Made by a program: the position numbers and the translations under genes. This document shows, piece after piece, positions 8,252-17,490 of a stretch of 64,000 bases of DNA; positions within the stretch are counted from its first letter, which is position 1, and each line of letters opens with the position of its first letter. The notes beneath the pieces are model-generated. The model was given only the letters and a program-made list of their open reading frames with translations, did no database searches and was not told the origin of the DNA. Origin of the DNA: Gemmatimonadaceae bacterium (GTDB lineage Bacteria > Gemmatimonadota > Gemmatimonadetes > Gemmatimonadales > Gemmatimonadaceae); NCBI GenBank assembly GCA_041690755.1, contig JBEPWA010000007.1, positions 21,923 to 85,922 on the forward strand, written 5' to 3'.

Positions 8252-9921
8252 CTGCGCTGTTCGCACCCCGTTGCAGCCGGATGTTGCTTGCCGCCGCCTT
8301 CAGCACGGTTGCCGCGCTCGGTGCCGCATGCCACGACGCGCCCGCCGCGGTCGTCCCATTAGCAATCTGTGATTCTCCTGTCATCGTTACCGTCGATACA
8401 TCGGCGCGACCGGTTTTTTCGTGGAGCCCGGCGTGCGCCGCGACTGCGCTGCGTGTCGACCTGCAGGGTGATAGCGCGACGGTTCGGAGCTGGTCGATTG
8501 GCGCCAGCGACGGCGCAGGAATTCTGCCGAATGTCGCATATGGAGAAGTGCGGTCCGACGCCGTAACGCAGGTCGCCGCCGCGGCGCTGCGCACCGGATT
8601 CGCCTATCGCGTTACCGTGTTCGGTGGTCCGTCTGCGGCGCCGCTGACGCTCGGTCAGTTGGACTTTCGAGCGCAACAGCACGCCGAGAGCGCGTTCCAG
8701 ATCAAGCTTGCCATGCCGGATACCGTATATGGCCGCGCCACAGGATTCAGCTTCGTTTATCCGCACTCGAGAAGCGCGACGCTATTCATTGACGAAGGCA
8801 GCTCCAGCGCGCAGACCCTTACGTCGACGACGAATGCGCGACAGGTCCAGCATTGCTCCACTGAGTGGGACGTAGACTTTCCCTCGCTGCCGAATGGCCG
8901 GCACAATTTTCGAGTTGATGTGCTCGACAGCGCTGGCCATGTCGGTTCGATGACCGGAACGTTCGTTGTCAGCGTGCCGCAGCGTTTCTATCATCTCACC
9001 TTTCTTGGCGCTGGCGCCGATAGTTCCGACGCGTTGTCGATCAACCAGACCGGCACCATCGCTGGATGGACCGCGGTATCGGGGTCGAAGCCGCGCGCGA
9101 CGCTCTGGCGCGGTGGACACGTCGCGCAGGTCGAGGGATCGAGTGCTTATTCGACGTCGCGTGCTGTCGACGTCAACGACAACGACGTTGCGGCGCTGAT
9201 GTTGACGCGTGCAGATGCGCCCACCTGTCGTCAGGGCGCCCTCTGGACGAACGGCGCCGTGTCGACGCTGTTCAACGATCGGTGCGACATCACCGAGGTG
9301 ACGGCGATCAACGACAGCAACGTGGTGACCGGCGCGTACGTCTATGCGTATCCAGACGGACGAACGCTGCCCGTGTACTCATTCCAGGATGCCCGGGATA
9401 TCAATGACAAGGGGCAGATCGTCGGCCGCATTGATGACGTGTATAGCGGGCAGGACGCGGCCTGGACGATGAACATCACGCTGCCGGGTTTGCATCCCCA
9501 CAACTATTCCTGCAGCGCACCGTTCTATCCCGTGCATTACGACAGTCGGTTCGAGCGGGTCAATGAGCGTGGACAGGCGATCGGCAACGTCGGCTACTAC
9601 GTCAGCTCGCCGTTCATCGAGGCGTCCGACAGTTCCCTCATCGCCACGCCGCTCGGCGCGGCGACCAACGTCGTTGACCTCACGCTGGCGCTCGACCAAG
9701 CGTTCGCCACGGGGTTGAACGACGAAGGGCTCGTCGTGGCGTTCAGGCTCGGCACTGTATACCTGTGGTCGCAAGGCCGCACCAGCACGGCGCAGTTGGA
9801 CGACGTTTCGTGGCGCATCGACGCCGTGGTCGACGTTGACAACACGGGCCGGATTGTGGGGCGCGCAACGAACACTACCACCGGCGCGCACGGCGCTGTG
9901 CTCCTGACACCGGCGGGCTGA
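8248..9921 (+). CDS. Lipoprotein with HAF-family extracellular repeats
   Basis: Lipobox LGAAC. The C-terminal half has repeated xIN(D/Q/E)xGxIVG units (SINQTGTIAGW, VDVNDNDVAA, AINDSNVVTG, DINDKGQIVGR, VNERGQAIGN, GLNDEGLVVA, VDNTGRIVGR). ATG 8248 overlaps the upstream stop (ATGA). Confidence 0.7.
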   Translation: MTALFAPRCSRMLLAAAFSTVAALGAACHDAPAAVVPLAICDSPVIVTVDTSARPVFSWSPACAATALRVDLQGDSATVRSWSIGASDGAGILPNVAYGEVRSDAVTQVAAAALRTGFAYRVTVFGGPSAAPLTLGQLDFRAQQHAESAFQIKLAMPDTVYGRATGFSFVYPHSRSATLFIDEGSSSAQTLTSTTNARQVQHCSTEWDVDFPSLPNGRHNFRVDVLDSAGHVGSMTGTFVVSVPQRFYHLTFLGAGADSSDALSINQTGTIAGWTAVSGSKPRATLWRGGHVAQVEGSSAYSTSRAVDVNDNDVAALMLTRADAPTCRQGALWTNGAVSTLFNDRCDITEVTAINDSNVVTGAYVYAYPDGRTLPVYSFQDARDINDKGQIVGRIDDVYSGQDAAWTMNITLPGLHPHNYSCSAPFYPVHYDSRFERVNERGQAIGNVGYYVSSPFIEASDSSLIATPLGAATNVVDLTLALDQAFATGLNDEGLVVAFRLGTVYLWSQGRTSTAQLDDVSWRIDAVVDVDNTGRIVGRATNTTTGAHGAVLLTPAG

Positions 9922-10017
9922 CGCCGCGTCTGTCGCTGCCAACCGCCGCTCGTCAACTGGACGCAGCGCCGCTCTATCCATAGCTTGGCTCTTCACCTCA
10001 AGGTTCGCTCGGAGCCC

Positions 10018-10410
10018 ATGACCGATCCCACGCCGTCGTTCGAAGGCGCGAGTGTTGCCGCTGTCCTCGCGCAGCGGAGCCGAGCAGATCGCAAGGAATT
10101 GCTCGACGAGCTGGTGACGATGCTGGTGGAGGTCGTGCCCGGGGTTCAGGTGGAGCGCGCGCTGTTGCGGCGCCACGTCACGGCCATTCGGCTGCCGCTC
10201 GCCGGCTATCTCTACGTGCTCAAGAAGAGCTCGACGAATGATTTCGAGGCGAGCCGCCAACAGGTGGTGCGCGGCGTGTCCGTGCGCACCGTTCCCATGG
10301 AGATCGACGCGTTTCTCGCCGAGTTGGGTGTGGCGCTGGACGTCGAGTTGCGACGGACGGAGAAGGGTCGCGAAGCGCTGCAGCTGTGGTTGAACTCGAC
10401 GAGCGCCTAA
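10018..10410 (+). CDS. Hypothetical protein (130 aa), no recognisable domain
   Basis: Good GC3. ATG 10018 is preceded by GGAGCC. It lies 53 nt upstream of, and co-directional with, the tandem-YbjQ gene. Confidence 0.55.
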   Translation: MTDPTPSFEGASVAAVLAQRSRADRKELLDELVTMLVEVVPGVQVERALLRRHVTAIRLPLAGYLYVLKKSSTNDFEASRQQVVRGVSVRTVPMEIDAFLAELGVALDVELRRTEKGREALQLWLNSTSA

Positions 10411-10463
10411 ACGCATTTCGATTGTTTCCGTCGTCCCATTTCACGTAACACAAAGGAGCCGTC

Positions 10464-11306
10464 ATGCAGGACTACGTGCCGGGATCTACCGCGAACCTGC
10501 CCACCGGTGCTGCCGAACGGTTGCGTGCTATGCGCGGGACAGGTGATCGCCCCGCGTTCTTCACGAGCGATTTGTCCGTGGACGAATTTCTGCTCGTGGA
10601 GCAGGCAGGGTTCGAGGCGCTCGGCCTGGTGATGGGATCGTGCATCTATCACGTGGGCTTCCAATGGCAACGCTGGAGCGTGAGTCAGGAGCTCAGCGTG
10701 CTGACCAAGGCCATGTTCGAGGCGCGCGAGTTGGCGATGACGCGAATGGAAGAAGAGGCGGACCTCCTCGGCGCCGACGGCGTGGTTGGTGTTCGTCTGG
10801 TGTTCAAGCAGTACGCCATGGATGAAGGGGTGCTGGAGTTCCAGGCGATCGGCACGGCGATCCGCCATCGCGAACGGGTGGGCAGCTTTCGCACGAAGGA
10901 CAACCGGCCGTTCACGTCCGACCTGAGCGGCCAGGATCTATGGAAGCTCGTGCGCGCGGGCTATCGCCCGGTGAGTCTGTCCATGGGTGCGTGTGTATAC
11001 CACATCGCGCATTTGAGTTTCATGCAGGCGCTCAAGCAGACAGGTCGCAATCAGGAGATGACGATCTACACCGAAGCGACGTATGCGGCGCGCGAGCTGG
11101 CGCTGGAGCGCATGCAGGCGGAGGCGCTGGAGCGTGGCGGCATTGGCGTGGTGGGGGCGCGCGTCGAGGAGTCCAACTGGGGATGGGGGGCGAACGCGAT
11201 CGAATTTTTCGCCGTCGGCACCGCCATTGCGCCCATGGGCGACAAGGCGGAGCGACCGAAGCTGGATGCGGTGCAACAGGTGGTGACGTTCGACGACAAG
11301 GGTTAG
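10464..11306 (+). CDS. Tandem YbjQ/UPF0145 ('heavy-metal-binding') domain protein
   Basis: Two copies of the YbjQ-type module (FFTSDLSVDEFLLVEQAGFEALGLVMGSCIYHVG.. and PFTSDLSGQDLWKLVRAGYRPVSLSMGACVYHIA..). AGGAG RBS 6 nt before the ATG. Confidence 0.75.
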   Translation: MQDYVPGSTANLPTGAAERLRAMRGTGDRPAFFTSDLSVDEFLLVEQAGFEALGLVMGSCIYHVGFQWQRWSVSQELSVLTKAMFEARELAMTRMEEEADLLGADGVVGVRLVFKQYAMDEGVLEFQAIGTAIRHRERVGSFRTKDNRPFTSDLSGQDLWKLVRAGYRPVSLSMGACVYHIAHLSFMQALKQTGRNQEMTIYTEATYAARELALERMQAEALERGGIGVVGARVEESNWGWGANAIEFFAVGTAIAPMGDKAERPKLDAVQQVVTFDDKG

Positions 11307-11716
11307 GCGCTGGTGTGTTCGTGCAGCAACATCCACGACGTGCCGAACCGATCGCGTAGCATGGCGAAGCGCTTGGCGAAGAATGTGTCCTCCATGGGCA
11401 TGAAGATCTCACCACCGTCCGTGAGCAGCGTGTAGATGCGTTCAGCCTCGGCCACGCTGTTGAGCATGAGCGTGAGGTAGGCGCTGCGCATCGGCTTGAA
11501 GCGGTCGGGCGGGATGTCCGCGCCCATGACGGTGGTGCCGCCAAGGTCAATGCGCGCGTGGAGCACGGCGTGCTTCCAGTTTGGCGGCACATTGTCGGCG
11601 TTCGGCTGCTCGCCATGCGTCGAGATCATGGTGATTTTGCCGCCGAGGTGCGTTTGATAGAACTCGAACGCCTGCCGGCAGTTGCCGCCGTAATTCAGAT
11701 AGGTGAACAGTTTCAT
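11303..11716 (-). CDS. VOC-superfamily protein, PhnB/YjdN-like (3-demethylubiquinone methyltransferase-like domain)
   Basis: MKLFTYLNYGGNCRQAFEFYQ..GGKI.. and ..FGTSWML are typical of the PhnB-like glyoxalase-fold family. Confidence 0.75.
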   Translation of the reverse strand: MKLFTYLNYGGNCRQAFEFYQTHLGGKITMISTHGEQPNADNVPPNWKHAVLHARIDLGGTTVMGADIPPDRFKPMRSAYLTLMLNSVAEAERIYTLLTDGGEIFMPMEDTFFAKRFAMLRDRFGTSWMLLHEHTSA

Positions 11717-11718
11717 CT

Positions 11719-11850
11719 TGTCATCCTGAGAGAGCGAAGCGACAGAAGGATCTTCTCTCGCGGCAATGATCGCGTGGAGGACGGAAGATCCTTCGCTGCG
11801 CTCAGGATGACAAGCGCGGCTCTGGGTGACGAGTGTGGCTCAGGATGACA
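11719..11850. repeat. Palindromic-element family, copy B: complete hairpin plus an extra partial right half-site
   Basis: TGTCATCCTGAGAGAGCGAAGCGACAGAAGGATCTT ... AAGATCCTTCGCTGCGCTCAGGATGACA (11719-11812), followed by GGCTCAGGATGACAC ending at 11850. It fills the gap between two minus-strand genes. Confidence 0.85.
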
Positions 11851-12712
11851 CGGGGATGGAGGGAGACATCGGCACTTGCGGCACGCCGGTGATCTGTCCG
11901 TCGGCGACGTCCACGAGCCAGTAGCCCTCGTTGCCCAGCAGCGTTGACGAGCCGGCACAGAACGTTTGCGGTCGCGTGGCCGTAGCCGGGAGATGGAAGC
12001 GTTCGTGCAGATGGCCGTGAAATAGCGCGAAACGGTCGCCGCGCAGAATGGTGTTGAGCGCCTTGGCGTCGCGCAGGCCGTGATGCGCCACGTCTGGCGT
12101 TCCGTCTTCTCGGCTGGGCGCATGATGAACCATGACGAGCACCGCGCGGTTCCGCACGCGGCTATCGTCGACCAGCGCCCCGAGTGCGTCGAGCTGCCGC
12201 CGGCCGATCTCGCCGTGGGCGAACCCGGGAAAGCGCGCCGTCTGTGCCGAATGCAGGCCGACGATGGCGATGTCGTCGCCCTTCAGGTGCACGAACGGAT
12301 AGGCGCCCACGGCGCAGTACTGAGGCAGGTCGCTCCCCAGCAGATCGCCGAAATATTTCTCGAAGCGGTTGGTGCGCACCGATTCCGGCGTGAAGTAATC
12401 GTGATTGCCGGGAATCACGGAGCAGGTGGCGCCCAGGCGTCCAGCCGAATCGAGCGCGGCGCGCGCGGCGGCAAATTCGTCTTCCATGGCGTAGCCGGTA
12501 AAGTCGCCACTCACGAGCAGGTGGTCCGCCGAGTGGAGCTCGAGTTCGCGAACGATTTGTTCGAAAGTTTGTCGAGCGTGGCGGTAGGCAACACCGCGTC
12601 CGCCGAACGTGACTTCCAACATTGCAACCCACCGATGCCACCCAAGCGCGAGCCACGGCGTGTTGCGATAGCGCTGGGTGATGTGGAGATCGGAGCAGTG
12701 GAGAAACCGCAT
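11840..12712 (-). CDS. Calcineurin-like metallophosphoesterase
   Basis: Motifs FLHCSDLH, LLVSGDFTG, VIPGNHD, VMVHHAP and FHGHLH. Start trimmed to ATG 12712 (MRFLHCSDLH). Confidence 0.8.
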   Translation of the reverse strand: MRFLHCSDLHITQRYRNTPWLALGWHRWVAMLEVTFGGRGVAYRHARQTFEQIVRELELHSADHLLVSGDFTGYAMEDEFAAARAALDSAGRLGATCSVIPGNHDYFTPESVRTNRFEKYFGDLLGSDLPQYCAVGAYPFVHLKGDDIAIVGLHSAQTARFPGFAHGEIGRRQLDALGALVDDSRVRNRAVLVMVHHAPSREDGTPDVAHHGLRDAKALNTILRGDRFALFHGHLHERFHLPATATRPQTFCAGSSTLLGNEGYWLVDVADGQITGVPQVPMSPSIPVSS

Positions 12713-12912
12713 GCGGTGTTTCGGAGAAGGAAGGACGGGGGAGGAACGCAAGCAATCTATGGCGGGGCAGTTACCAACCTCTTCGACAGCGGTTATCGGC
12801 GCGTTATCGCCGACAATTTCTGGCCACCGATCGTCGCCATATGGCAACTCCGGGTGCCGGCGCGTAGAATCTGAATGCGGCTCGATAGTTTTTCACACCC
12901 GATCCAACAGAC

Positions 12913-14961
12913 ATGTCACAGCTGGCGCAGCGTGGTTCCGCGGGCGGCTATTTACGCCGCATTGCAGTGTGCGGGTCGGCCGTGGTCCTCTCGCTGGCGG
13001 CGAGTGCCGCCGGCGGTCAAGCCCGGGCCGCCGGGTCCGCCGCGTCCGCGCCGACGTTCGTGAATGGCATGGCGCAGATAGTTCCGGCCTTCCAGGACTC
13101 GTCGTCGTGGATCCGCCAGGAGCTCTGGGTGGAGACGAACTTCGACAGCGATCACGACGGAAAGCCCGATCGGGTGCATGTTGACGTAACGCGTCCGCGA
13201 CAGACGGACACGGAGGGGCTCAAGGTCGCGGTGGTCTACGGCTCGAGCCCGTACTACGCCGGGACCGCTCGCGGCCAGGTGAACTGGAACGTTCAGCAGG
13301 AACTGAACGCTACGCCCCAGCCGCGCGGGCTCATGGCGTCGCCCACGTACGCGGCCGAACGATCACGGATCTCTAATGCCCTCGTGAACGAGTGGGTGCC
13401 GCGCGGCTTCGCCGTGGTCCACTCCGAGGCGCCGGGCACGGGCCGGTCGCAGGGTTGCCCTACGGTTGGCGACGCGCCGGAACGCATGCCTATGAAGTTC
13501 GTTGTCGATTGGCTGAACGGACGGGCCAAAGGCTTCACGACGGAGACCGGCTCCGAGCAGGTGAAGGCCACCGCGTGGTCCACCGGCAAGGTCGCGATGA
13601 TGGGGACGTCGTACGAGGGCACGCTTCCGCTCGCCGCGGCAACGACCGGCGTGCAGGGGTTGGAAGTGGTGGTGCCGGTGTCGCCGAATACGTCCTACTA
13701 CCACTACTATCGTTCCAACGGTCTCGTGCCCTCACCAGGCGGGTACCTGGGCGAGGACGTGGACGTGCTCTACGATTTCATTGCCAGCGGCGACAGCACC
13801 GGCCGGGCGAACTGCGACAATCTGTGGAAGAACGGAATCTTTGCCGGCCGTTCGGGGCAGGATCGTGCCACCGGCGACTACAACGATTTCTGGGCCGCGC
13901 GCGATCTGCTTCCGTATGTAAAGAACATCAAGGCGGCGGTATTGCTGGCGCACGGGTTCAACGACTACAACGTGGTGCCCGAGCACAGCGTGCGGATCTA
14001 CAATGAGATGAAAGCGCGCGGTCTGCCGGTGTCGATCTATATGCATCAGGGCGGGCATGGCGGGAATCCGCCGGCCGACATGGTGAACCGTTGGTTCAGT
14101 CACTACCTGTATGGCGTAGACAACGGCGTGGAGAAGGACGCGCCAGTATGGATCGTTCAGGACGCGGCCGCGCAGGAGCCGCGCGCAGTTGCCGCGGTTG
14201 CCGCCGCAGCGCTGGCGGCAGCGGCCGCTCGTACCGCCGGCGACTCGGCGGTTCCCAGTGGCGCCGGGCGCGGCCGCGGCGGGCGTGCGCCGCGCGTCGT
14301 GACACCGCCAACACCGTTCGCGTCGTTCCCGGTGCCGGGCTCGGTGCCGGTAGCGTTCCATCCGGAAGCCGGCGGCACCGGACTGGCGGAGCTGTCCTTT
14401 ACCGCCGCCACTGCCGGAACGGACCGGTTGGTGGACGATGTCGCGCTGACCGGAAGCGCTTATGCCATGGCCTCCGAGTCGGCGCATCGCCTGCTCTATG
14501 CAACGCCGGTGCTCCGCGATACGGTGCACGTGTCCGGTACGCCGCGCGTGACGCTGCGAATCGCCTCGAGCGCGCCGGCGGCGAACCTGAGCGTCTGGCT
14601 CGTGATGCTGCCATACGATTCGGCGCGGGTCGGTTCGCAGAGCCACACGGGATTGATCACACGCGGCTGGGCGGACATTCGTAATTACAGATCGCTCACC
14701 AAGGGCGGCAACTACAACTCCAAACTCGCCGGACAGCCGCTCGTACCAGGCAAGTTCTATGACCTCACGTTCGATCTCGAGCCCGATGACGAGTTCGTTC
14801 CGCCGGGCAAGCAACTCGCCGTCATGGTCATGTCGAGCGACCGCGAGTTCACGCTCTGGCCGCGCGCCGGCACGCAGCTGACGGTGGATTTGGCGCATTC
14901 GTCGTTTGCAATCCCCATTGTTGGCGGGCGCAAAGCGCTGAAAGTGGCGGGAATGCCCTAG
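12913..14961 (+). CDS. Xaa-Pro dipeptidyl-peptidase (S15, PepX/CocE-NonD family), secreted
   Basis: Signal peptide. Motifs ETNFDSDHDGKPDRVHVDVTRP, the GTSYEG nucleophile motif, and LLAHGFNDYNV. An Ala/Gly/Arg-rich low-complexity insertion is encoded at about 14161-14320. Confidence 0.85.
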   Translation: MSQLAQRGSAGGYLRRIAVCGSAVVLSLAASAAGGQARAAGSAASAPTFVNGMAQIVPAFQDSSSWIRQELWVETNFDSDHDGKPDRVHVDVTRPRQTDTEGLKVAVVYGSSPYYAGTARGQVNWNVQQELNATPQPRGLMASPTYAAERSRISNALVNEWVPRGFAVVHSEAPGTGRSQGCPTVGDAPERMPMKFVVDWLNGRAKGFTTETGSEQVKATAWSTGKVAMMGTSYEGTLPLAAATTGVQGLEVVVPVSPNTSYYHYYRSNGLVPSPGGYLGEDVDVLYDFIASGDSTGRANCDNLWKNGIFAGRSGQDRATGDYNDFWAARDLLPYVKNIKAAVLLAHGFNDYNVVPEHSVRIYNEMKARGLPVSIYMHQGGHGGNPPADMVNRWFSHYLYGVDNGVEKDAPVWIVQDAAAQEPRAVAAVAAAALAAAAARTAGDSAVPSGAGRGRGGRAPRVVTPPTPFASFPVPGSVPVAFHPEAGGTGLAELSFTAATAGTDRLVDDVALTGSAYAMASESAHRLLYATPVLRDTVHVSGTPRVTLRIASSAPAANLSVWLVMLPYDSARVGSQSHTGLITRGWADIRNYRSLTKGGNYNSKLAGQPLVPGKFYDLTFDLEPDDEFVPPGKQLAVMVMSSDREFTLWPRAGTQLTVDLAHSSFAIPIVGGRKALKVAGMP

Positions 14962-15053
14962 GGTGGGCGGCCGACCCGGGCCGCGGCCGGCACACGGCTA
15001 TGTTCAATGGAGAGTGCTTCAGGCTTCCTTGACGACTGACTCGGTCCCCGGAC

Positions 15054-16808
15054 ATGCCGACTTATAAAGCTCCGCTCGACGAGATCCGCTTTCTCCTCGA
15101 ATCCGTGCACGACGTGGCGCAGATCACCGCGCTGCCCGGCAATGCGGAGGCGACGCCCGACCTCCTGCTGGCGGTACTCGAGGAGGGCGGGCGCTTCTGC
15201 GAGGAAGTGCTCGCGCCGCTCAATCAGACTGGCGACGCCGAGGGCTGTCACTTCGAGAACGGCCACGTCACCACGCCCGCGGGTTTCAAGGCGGCGTACG
15301 ACGCCTACCGCGCCGGCGGCTGGCCGGGCATGACGTCGCCATCGGAATTCGGCGGACAGAGCCTGCCGCATCTGATGCGCTTCGTGCTCGACGACATGCT
15401 GTGTGCCGCGAACATCTCGTTCGCGATGTATCCGGGTCTGTCGCACGGAGCTACGACATTGCTCGAACGCTGGGGCGACGACGAGCTGAAGCGTCGCTTC
15501 CTGCCCAAGCTCGTGGACGGCTCGTGGACCGGCACGATGTGCCTTACCGAGGCACACGCGGGCACGGATCTTGGCATCATCCGCACGCGCGCCGAGCCGG
15601 CGGCCGATGGCGCGTATCTCGTGACGGGCACAAAGATCTTCATCTCGGCCGGCGAGCACGATCTGAGTGAGAACATCATCCATCTCGTGTTGGCCCGTCT
15701 GCCCGGCGCGCCTGAGGGGACCAAGGGGATCAGTCTCATTCTCGTCCCCAAATTCTTGCCGAAGGCAGACGGAACGCTCGGCGCGCTGAATGCCGTGTTG
15801 TGCCGCTCCATTGAGCACAAGATGGGGATCAAGGCCAACGCCACCTGCGTGCTCGATTTCGAGAATGCTCATGGTTGGCTGGTGGGTGAACCACACAAGG
15901 GCATGCGCGCGATGTTCACGATGATGAATAGCGCCCGGCTCGGCGTTGGCATTCAGGGCCTGGGGCTGGCCGAGGTTGCCTGCCAGAACGCTATCGCCTA
16001 TACGCATGAACGCCTGCAGGGGCGTTCGGTGCGCGGCGTGCAGAATCCCGGCGGTGACGCCGACCCGATCATCGTGCACCCCGACGTACGCCGCATGGTG
16101 ATGACGATGACGGCGTACGTTCAGGGCATTCGCGCGCTGGCCTACTGGGTGGCGCTGCTGATCGATATCGAGATGCTTCACCCCGACGCGGCCAAGCGTG
16201 CCGAAGCGGAGGATTTGCTCGCGCTCATGACGCCAGTCATCAAGGGATTCTCCACGGATGTAGGGTTCGAGATCACTAATATCGCGCTGCAGTGCTTTGG
16301 CGGACACGGCTACATTCGCGAAACGGGCATGGAGCAATTCGTCCGTGACGCGCGTATCACGCAGATCTACGAAGGCACCAACGGCGTGCAGGCCATGGAC
16401 CTGCTGGGCCGCAAGATTCCCGAGGACAACGGGCGATTGGCCAAGCGCTTCTTTGCGCTCGCCCATGCGGACCTTGCGGCGGCGCTGACGGTGCCGGCGA
16501 TCGCCGCCGTCGCCAAGCCGGTGGCCGATGCGCTCGGCCTGTTACAGAAGACGACGATGGGGGTGATGGCGCGTGCGCAGCAGAATCCCGAGGAGATTGG
16601 CGCGGCGGCCGCCGAGTACCTGCGCTTTTTTGGACTCGTGTCAACAGGATGGATGTGGGTGCGGATCGCAAAAGTGGCGGCGGAGCAGGGCGGGGCGGCG
16701 AATGAGGCGCGGCTTGCCACGGCGCGATTCTATGTGGCGCGGCTGCTGCCGCAGACGGTATCGTTGGCCGCGCAGATCGCCGCGGGTGCGGCGACTGTGA
16801 TGGTGTAG
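15054..16808 (+). CDS. Long-chain acyl-CoA dehydrogenase (FadE-like, with C-terminal extension domain)
   Basis: MPTYKAPLDEIRFLL.., GWPGMTSPSEFGGQSLP, CLTEAHAGTDLG, GGHGYIRETGMEQFVRDARITQIYEGTNGVQ. Confidence 0.9.
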   Translation: MPTYKAPLDEIRFLLESVHDVAQITALPGNAEATPDLLLAVLEEGGRFCEEVLAPLNQTGDAEGCHFENGHVTTPAGFKAAYDAYRAGGWPGMTSPSEFGGQSLPHLMRFVLDDMLCAANISFAMYPGLSHGATTLLERWGDDELKRRFLPKLVDGSWTGTMCLTEAHAGTDLGIIRTRAEPAADGAYLVTGTKIFISAGEHDLSENIIHLVLARLPGAPEGTKGISLILVPKFLPKADGTLGALNAVLCRSIEHKMGIKANATCVLDFENAHGWLVGEPHKGMRAMFTMMNSARLGVGIQGLGLAEVACQNAIAYTHERLQGRSVRGVQNPGGDADPIIVHPDVRRMVMTMTAYVQGIRALAYWVALLIDIEMLHPDAAKRAEAEDLLALMTPVIKGFSTDVGFEITNIALQCFGGHGYIRETGMEQFVRDARITQIYEGTNGVQAMDLLGRKIPEDNGRLAKRFFALAHADLAAALTVPAIAAVAKPVADALGLLQKTTMGVMARAQQNPEEIGAAAAEYLRFFGLVSTGWMWVRIAKVAAEQGGAANEARLATARFYVARLLPQTVSLAAQIAAGAATVMV

Positions 16809-16833
16809 TGTGGCGATGTCGTACAGGAGCGAT

Positions 16834-17481
16834 ATGAGAACGCATATCGCGCGGCTGGGTGCCGCGTGGCTCCTCGCCACCGGTTGTGCCACCCAAGGGG
16901 CGAGCGACGCAACCGACACCGCTGTGGCCGCGAAGCCTACCATCGCTGTGACCACTCCCGCTCCTGCTCCTGCCCCCGCTCCTGCTGCGGCTCCGGCCGC
17001 CGTGGTCGTTGCTGACGCTGCTGTGTCCGACGAACTGGCCGTGCTCGCAGCGAGCATGATCATTCCCGTCCAGGGCGTGGTCGCGTCGCAACTCCGCGAC
17101 TCCTACACCGACGCTCGCTCCGGCCATTCTCACGAAGCGCTCGACATCATGGCGCCGCGCGGCACGCCGGTCATCTCCGCCACCGACGGCCGACTGCTCA
17201 AACTATTCAAGAGCGTCGCCGGCGGAAATATGGTCTACGCGGCCGACACGTCCGATCGATTCATTCTTATGTACGGACATCTCGATCGCTACGCCGACGG
17301 TCTGGTGGAGAACACACCGATCACGCGCGGCCAGCTGCTCGGCTACGTGGGGTCCACGGGGGATGCGTCTGCCGCGGCGCCGCACCTGCACTTTGCCATC
17401 GCCCGTGGACACCCGAGCGTCGCGTGGTGGAAAGGCGACGCCGTGAATCCGTTTCCCCTGTTCGTGCCCGCGCCGCGCTGA
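16834..17481 (+). CDS. M23-family metallopeptidase lipoprotein
   Basis: Lipobox LATGC, a (PA)n linker, and the M23 motifs HEALDIMAPRGTPV and GSTGDASAAAPHLHF. ATG 16834 is preferred because an AGGAG lies 5-6 nt upstream. Confidence 0.85.
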   Translation: MRTHIARLGAAWLLATGCATQGASDATDTAVAAKPTIAVTTPAPAPAPAPAAAPAAVVVADAAVSDELAVLAASMIIPVQGVVASQLRDSYTDARSGHSHEALDIMAPRGTPVISATDGRLLKLFKSVAGGNMVYAADTSDRFILMYGHLDRYADGLVENTPITRGQLLGYVGSTGDASAAAPHLHFAIARGHPSVAWWKGDAVNPFPLFVPAPR

Positions 17482-17490
17482 CCGCCCGGG

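Noticed and set aside
9379-10416. Long antisense ORFs throughout the track (e.g. 9379-10416 -, 13732-14898 -, 14958-16466 -, 20595-21782 -, 34741-35730 -, 40897-41979 +, 42025-43176 +, 49046-49996 +, 54027-55088 -, 55122-56552 -, 55271-56605 -)
   Set aside because: Each lies opposite a gene with clear family motifs. Their products are Arg/Ala/Gly/His-rich and show no recognisable motifs. They are GC-driven shadow ORFs.
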